From Candidatus Kaiserbacteria bacterium (lineage in GTDB: Bacteria > Patescibacteriota > Minisyncoccia > Phycocordibacterales > Phycocordibacteraceae): a stretch of 64,000 nt of DNA. The translations under genes were made by a program, and so were the position numbers. The stretch covers positions 7,276-71,275 of the forward strand of contig CAWEXP010000010.1 in assembly GCA_963813065.1 (NCBI GenBank), given 5' to 3'. Below are positions 58,263 to 64,000 of the stretch, one piece after another; the stretch's first letter is position 1; each line of letters begins with the position of its first letter. The notes under the pieces were generated by a model. It ran no database searches. It was not told the origin of the DNA and saw only the letters and a list, made by a program, of their open reading frames with translations.

Positions 58263-59395
58263 CTATTTGAGCGGGCTGGCAGAAGAGTAACAAGCGAATG
58301 TCGCGTCGAGCATTTTGGATTGGGAAAAATTGGTGAGGACGCAAGTGTGGAGTGCTGTGCCGAGTGCGTGCGCCCTGGCGGGGTCGGTGATGAGCGATTC
58401 GAGCGCGGCGGCGGTCGCGTGGGGATTGTGTGGCGGAACGAGGAGCCCCGAGACGCCGTCCTCGATAATCTCTGGGATGCCGCCGACTCTTGTCGCGACG
58501 ACGGGGAGCGAAGCACAGCCAGCTTCGAGGATGGCGTAGGCGAGCGCTTCGCTCTGCGAGGTGTGCAAAAAGATATCAAATGCTTTTTCGTATTGCGGCG
58601 CATCGGCGACGAAGCCCCGCAAGAATGCGCGATCGCGCAGGCCGAGTGCGCCAATAAGTGATTCTAGTTTTGCGCGTTCACTACCTTCGCCGAGTACGAC
58701 GAGGAGCAGGTTGGGATAGATGCCCACGAGCATTTTCAGCGCATGTAGCGCATCCTCGATGCGTTTAGTCGGGTGGAGCTCCGAGACCATACCAATCCAG
58801 AAAGCGTGCTCGTGGCCGGGCAGAAGCGATGCGCGCGCGTCTGCGCGCGCGCGAAGTTCTTTGCACAAAATGCCGTTGTGAATGACCGTAAATTTTTTCC
58901 CGATAAAAAGAAAGCGCACCACATCATCACGCACTTTCTCGGAGACGCAGATGGTCTCGTGCGAGAGCAGGATGGTCAGCCAGGAGAAAAAGCGCATGCC
59001 GATTTTCGAGAGGGTTCCACGCGGTGCATTGAACTCCCATCCGTGTGCCGTGAATAGTATTTTCTTAATTCCGGCCATGCGCCCCGCGAGACACCCGAGC
59101 CCGCCCGCCTTCGCGCTGTTGGCGTGTACCACATCCGGTTTTTCTGTGCGGATTATGTGCAGGAGCGAAAAGAGGGAGCCAAAGGTGAGGAGGTCGCCGA
59201 CGAAACTGCGGCGTTGTCGCGCACCAAAGGGCACGGTCCGGACGCCTGCCACCTGGAGCTTCTCGGTCAACGGGCCTTCACTCCCCACTGCCACGACGAC
59301 GTCGTTCCCGCGTCTCGCGCCGCCGTCGCGAGGTCGTAGACATACCGCTGGGCGCCACCCCAGTTGGCCTTCGTGATCACATAGAGGATTTTCAT
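58263..59395 (-). CDS. GT4 family glycosyltransferase (apparent frameshift near 59330)
   Basis: MKILYVITKANWGGAQRYV, KPDVVHAN, SEALAYAILEA...LPVVATRVGGIPEII. Confidence 0.9.
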
Positions 59396-59456
59396 GTAGT
59401 ACAAAGGATAACCTCCCGTTGCCGCGTGAAGTTATATACTGTATAAGCCTAACACA

Positions 59457-60807
59457 ATGATTATCGGCGGTAGACGAGCTTCGGCCCTGCTTCTTGCGGG
59501 CGATATTGCGACATTCGCCGTGTCGCTCTTCCTCGCGCTCTGGGTGCGTTCGGGCGCAGTACCGACGCACACGCTTGCGCCCTACCTCGCACCCTTCACT
59601 TTCCTCTTCGCGCTCTGGATTCTCGTGTTCTATATGGCTGGGCTCTACAGCAAGCGCCTCGCACTCTTCCCGAGTCGCGTGCCCGACACTCTCCTCGCAA
59701 CACAATTGCTGAACATTCTGCTCGCCGGACTTTTCTTCTTTTTCATTCCCATCTTCGGCATCGCGCCCAAGACCATCCTCGTGGTCTATCTCCTGGTCTC
59801 GCTCGCACTGATTTATTTCTGGCGATTGGTGCTCTATCCGAAAATCTCGGTGGCGCCGCGCCCCGAGCGCGCGCTCCTCATCGCCACCGGCCCCGAGGCA
59901 GAAGAGCTTGCCGCTGAGGTGAATGGCAATCCGCGTTATGGGCTTATTTTTTCGATTCGGCCCGATGGTGCAATCTCGCCCGAGACGCTCTTGCGCGACA
60001 TCAAGGCGGCGCGCGCCACGACGCTCGTCGTCGATACGTCGTGCTCTGCGGCGGAGCCCGTGCTCGCACTCATTTACACGCTCACACACGTCGAGCGACA
60101 ATTGCAGTTCGCCGCATTCGAGGATATCTACGAAGAAGTTTTCGATCGCGTTCTGCTCTCGCAGATTGCCCACGCGTGGTTTCTCGAGAACGTGCTCTCT
60201 TCGCGTTCGCCGCTCTATGTATCGGCTAAGCGACTCATCGATATTGTCGGCGGCGTTCTCATGGGCATCGTGACGCTCATCATACTGCCGTTCGTAGCGC
60301 TCGCTCTGCAGTGCGAATGGCCGGGGCCAGTCTTTCTCGCGCAAGAGCGATTCGCCAAGGGCGGGCGGAAGATGCGTACGTATAAGTTCCGCACGATGCG
60401 GTACGGCGATCGCGCCGCATGGCAGGGCGAAGATGAAAATAAAGTGAGCGCGGTGGGCGCATTCTTGCGCAAGACGTCGACTCGATGAATTTCCACAATT
60501 TCTCAATGTGCTCAGCGGCGAGTTGTCACTTATTGGCCCGCGGAACGACCTTGTCGCGCTCGGTACGCGCCTCGCGGAGTCGATTCCATATTACAACGCA
60601 CGGTACTTGGTCCAGCCGGGCATCACCGGCTGGGCGCAGATTAATCAGCAGTACGAGCCGGGCAATCTCTCGCCGCAATCGATTGAGGAAACAAAGCGCC
60701 GTCTCGCCTACGATTTCTACTATTTGAAACACCGCTCGCTCGGTCTCGACATTGTCATCGGATTGAAGACGGTGAAACGAATGTTCTTCCGCTTGAGTTC
60801 TTGGTAA
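59457..60807 (+). CDS. Polyprenyl glycosylphosphotransferase / bacterial sugar transferase (frameshift near 60480)
   Basis: KRLIDI, YKFRTM, VGAFLRKT, LSGELSLIGPR, QPGITGWAQIN, YDFYYLKH. Confidence 0.9.
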
Positions 60808-60808
60808 C

Positions 60809-61933
60809 ATGAACAGTATGAAGCACACGGTTCTGATTACGGGCGCGGCAGGCTACATCGGCGCGATGCTCGTCGAGCGTTTCGCCGCGCGTGCTGACGT
60901 CGCGCGCGTTATTGGCCTCGACAAGGAACCGCTCCCCGATTTCCTCGCGAAGGAGCCGAAGCTGGTCTACCTGCAGATGAACACCGTCGACGATTGGCAG
61001 GAGCAGGCACGCGCCCATCATCCGGATATCGTCATCCATACCGCGTGGCAGATCCGCGAACTCTACGGCAAGCGCGCGCTCGAGTGGCATTGGAACATCG
61101 ATGGTTCCGACAACGTCTTCGACTTCGCATTCGGCGACTCAGTCGCACGCCTCATCCATTTCTCGACGGTTGCATCCTACGGCGCCTTCCCAGAAAACTC
61201 AGTCGATCACTTCTTCATCGAGGACGAACCATTTCGAAAAACGAATTATTTGTATGCAGAAGAGAAAAGAATCGCCGAGGAACACCTCAAGGCGCGCTAC
61301 GAAAAAAGCGACAAGAGGACCATGGTCGCAATTGTGCGACCTGCCGCGATTACCGGTCCGCGCGGGCGCTTCATGCGTATTCGTTTCGGGCTCCAATCCG
61401 CGCTCTCCGGACAGCTCTCGGCTAAAACCGCCGAAGGCGGTTCGCCCGGCGTGTCGCAGAGCGACGCGCTTAGGGGTTCCTTCGTGTACAGTCTCGTCTC
61501 GGCGATGGTCGGCTTCGTCCCCGTGACGCCGAAGTGGCTCAGACAATTTATTCATGAGGATGATGTGGTCGCCATTGTCGAGAAACTGGCGTTCGATCCG
61601 CTCAACTTCGACTACGAAGCATTCAATATTTGTCCGCCCGTATCAGTCGTGCGCGGCGCCGATATGGCGAGGGCGGTAGGGAAGCGGACACTCCCTATCT
61701 ATCCGTGGATGGTGCGTACCGCCTTTTTCGTCTTCTGGCATCTAACGCGCGGCAAGGTACCGACCTGCCCCGGCTCGTGGAAGGGCTATTCGTATCCGAT
61801 TGCGGTGAATGGGTCGAAGCTCACCCGCGTGATTGGCTATCAGTATCGCTATGCCGGCCTCGATGCATTCCGCTATACTGACGGTATGTATGAATCTTTC
61901 GTGCCCGAACAGGCGCGGAGGCACAAGCCATGA
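60809..61933 (+). CDS. NAD-dependent epimerase/dehydratase family protein
   Basis: VLITGAAGYIG, YAEEK (YxxxK), RQFIHEDDV. Confidence 0.9.
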   Translation: MNSMKHTVLITGAAGYIGAMLVERFAARADVARVIGLDKEPLPDFLAKEPKLVYLQMNTVDDWQEQARAHHPDIVIHTAWQIRELYGKRALEWHWNIDGSDNVFDFAFGDSVARLIHFSTVASYGAFPENSVDHFFIEDEPFRKTNYLYAEEKRIAEEHLKARYEKSDKRTMVAIVRPAAITGPRGRFMRIRFGLQSALSGQLSAKTAEGGSPGVSQSDALRGSFVYSLVSAMVGFVPVTPKWLRQFIHEDDVVAIVEKLAFDPLNFDYEAFNICPPVSVVRGADMARAVGKRTLPIYPWMVRTAFFVFWHLTRGKVPTCPGSWKGYSYPIAVNGSKLTRVIGYQYRYAGLDAFRYTDGMYESFVPEQARRHKP

Positions 61934-62760
61934 TCATCGACGGCAACGCTATCGCAAAAGAAATTCTCGCCCGGACCAAGGCGCGTGCCGATGCGCTCCC
62001 GCAGTCGCCGCGTGTGGTGGCAGTCGTCGTCAACGAGACGCCCGCGACGCTCTCCTATTTGAAAATAAAAGAATCGCGTGCCGAGGAAGCGGGGTGCCTG
62101 TTCTCTGTCGCGCGTAAGGACGGCCTTTTCACCGCACCTTCGCTCGTCACCGAGGTCCAGAATACACCGGGTGATGCCCTCATCATCCAGCTCCCCTTGC
62201 CGCCCGCACTCAATACGCAATTTGTTTGCGACGCGATACCGCTCGCCAAAGATGCCGACGTGCTCTCGTCTGCGGCACGAGACAAGTTCGAACGCGGCGA
62301 TGCACTCGCACTCCTGCCGCCCGTGGTCGGTGCAGTCCGCCAGATACTCGCCGTCGGCTCGGTTGATCCAAAAGGGAAGAAGGCGGTGGTGATTGGCGCA
62401 GGATTCCTCGTCGGCGCACCGGTCGCCGTCTGGCTTACGCAACAAGGTGCGGAGGTTATGGTCATCACGCTTGAGTCAGGCACCGAAAATCTTTCGACCG
62501 CACTCGCGACTGCGGATATTATTGTCTCGGGTGCCGGTTCGCCGAAATTAATAACACCGGAGATAATTAAAGAAGGTGTCGTGCTGATTGATGCGGGCAC
62601 GGCCGAGTCCGACGGCACCATTGTCGGCGATGCTGATCCTGCCTGTGCCGCAAAGTGCGCGATCTTCACGCCCGTTCCGGGTGGTGTCGGCCCTATCTCG
62701 GTCGCCTGCCTCTTTGAGAACGCAGTACTTCTCGCAGAAAGCAAACCCTTTATTTCTTGA
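61930..62760 (+). CDS. folD: Methylenetetrahydrofolate dehydrogenase/cyclohydrolase
   Basis: MIIDG..IA, IIQLPLP, KDAD, FTPVPGGVGP. Confidence 0.93.
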   Translation: MIIDGNAIAKEILARTKARADALPQSPRVVAVVVNETPATLSYLKIKESRAEEAGCLFSVARKDGLFTAPSLVTEVQNTPGDALIIQLPLPPALNTQFVCDAIPLAKDADVLSSAARDKFERGDALALLPPVVGAVRQILAVGSVDPKGKKAVVIGAGFLVGAPVAVWLTQQGAEVMVITLESGTENLSTALATADIIVSGAGSPKLITPEIIKEGVVLIDAGTAESDGTIVGDADPACAAKCAIFTPVPGGVGPISVACLFENAVLLAESKPFIS

Positions 62761-62783
62761 GTAATTCGTTTATACTCCCCTCC

Positions 62784-64000
62784 ATGACTCGCTATAAGGT
62801 CGTCGCACTCATTGCCCTCGTCGTGGGCGTTTTGCTTGCCTACTTCGTCTCCGCGACCGAGGCGAATCCCTACAGCGCCTACCACTTCAAGCTCGGCCTC
62901 GACCTCGCAGGCGGCACCGAGCTCGTCTACAAGGCCGATATGAGCCAGACGGCGCCCGCCGAGCAGTCCGACGCGCTGGCGGCTCTCCAGGGCGTCATCG
63001 AACGACGCGTGAACCTCTTCGGCGTCGCCGAGCCCTTGGTCCAGACCGATAGTGCGAGCGCCCTCTCGGGCACCACCGAGGACCGGCTCATCGTCGACCT
63101 ACCGGGCGTTGCAGATATTAATGCCGCCGTCGCCGCACTCGGCCAGACGCCGACCTTGGAATTCAAACTCGCCACCACCTCGACAAGCTCGGGGCAAGCC
63201 ACCTCCACAATCAGTTACGTATCAACTGGTTTGACCGGTCGCTATCTCTCGAAGGCCGCGCTCCAGTTCGGTACCGGCGCGACCGCCGGTCTCGCGTCAC
63301 CGCAAGTTTTGCTCACCTTCAACAGCGATGGCGCAAAACTGTTTGAACAAATCACCGCCGCCAATGTCGGCCACACCCTCGCCATCTTCCTCGACGGCCA
63401 GCCGATTTCGACCCCAACCATTCAAGAGGCGATTCCGGGAGGGCAGGCGACCATCACCGGCAATTTCTCCGCCGCCGAAGCCCGCGACCTCGTGCGCAAT
63501 CTTAACTTCGGTGCGCTCCCCGTTCCGATTTCACTTGAGAGTTCCTCGGCAGTCGGCCCGACGCTCGGCTCGGCGGCGATTGCGGCGGGCGTCGCGGCAG
63601 GTCTCGTTGGATTCCTCATCATCGCGCTTTTCATGATTGCGTGGTATCGCTTCGCGGGCGTCATCGCGGTGGTCGCGCTCGCGGAGTATCTCGCCTTCAT
63701 GCTCGCGGTTATCAAAGTGATCCCGATTACGCTCACCGCCTCGGGCATCGCGGGGCTCATCATCTCACTCGGCATCGCGGTGGATGCCAACGTGCTTATC
63801 TTCGAGCGCACCAAAGAGGAACTCCGCGAGGGCAAAGAACCGCGTGAGGCAGTGCACATCGGTTTCAATCGCGCGTGGACGGCGATTCGCGACGGCCACC
63901 TCACGATGATTATCGCGGGCGTGATTCTCTTCTGGCTCGGCACTTCCATCGTCCAGGGCTTCGCGCTCGTCTTCATCCTCGGCGTGCTCGCCTCATTCGT
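62784..64000 (+). CDS. secD: Protein translocase subunit SecD, 3'-truncated at the window edge
   Basis: KLGLDLAGG, IERRVNLFGVAEP, GALPVP, VGPTLG, GIAVDANVLIFER. Confidence 0.95.
   Translation, partial: MTRYKVVALIALVVGVLLAYFVSATEANPYSAYHFKLGLDLAGGTELVYKADMSQTAPAEQSDALAALQGVIERRVNLFGVAEPLVQTDSASALSGTTEDRLIVDLPGVADINAAVAALGQTPTLEFKLATTSTSSGQATSTISYVSTGLTGRYLSKAALQFGTGATAGLASPQVLLTFNSDGAKLFEQITAANVGHTLAIFLDGQPISTPTIQEAIPGGQATITGNFSAAEARDLVRNLNFGALPVPISLESSSAVGPTLGSAAIAAGVAAGLVGFLIIALFMIAWYRFAGVIAVVALAEYLAFMLAVIKVIPITLTASGIAGLIISLGIAVDANVLIFERTKEELREGKEPREAVHIGFNRAWTAIRDGHLTMIIAGVILFWLGTSIVQGFALVFILGVLASF

Noticed and set aside
58263-60506. 747-aa minus-strand ORF as one fusion protein
   Set aside because: The N-terminal part is antisense to the sugar transferase; the real GT4 starts at 59395 and is joined by a frameshift.

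Overview
Chromosomal segment of a small-genome bacterium, most likely Patescibacteria/CPR (Parcubacteria-like). This is inferred from the gene content, an intron-rich 23S-5S locus unlinked from 16S, and rplK without rplA. The backbone is housekeeping genes: argS, ileS, glyS, metG, secE-nusG-rplK, rpsF-ssb-rpsR, rplJ-rplL, recA, ftsK, recO, efp, dcd/thyX/tmk, rodA, folD, secD and tRNA-His. Accessory ORFs are interspersed. Main highlights: (1) a complete diversity-generating retroelement (target-VR, TR, avd, RT) at about 20.9-23.5 kb; (2) about 24 kb away, a second TR/VR pair with a different sequence and a lipoprotein target but no RT or avd; both TRs sit behind the same covarying structured RNA leader, which suggests a non-autonomous satellite DGR cassette served in trans; (3) a 23S rRNA gene with four group I-type introns, including one in the sarcin-ricin loop, one carrying an unannotated 42-aa membrane peptide plus a LAGLIDADG endonuclease, and one that seems to lack P4-P6; (4) REP-like palindromes inserted in-frame in several genes, and a RAYT-like transposase; (5) an HTH gene containing five ATAAAGGACA copies in two reading frames. 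Many single-base frameshifts in essential genes indicate assembly indel errors. All assignments come from reading the sequence; no searches were run.
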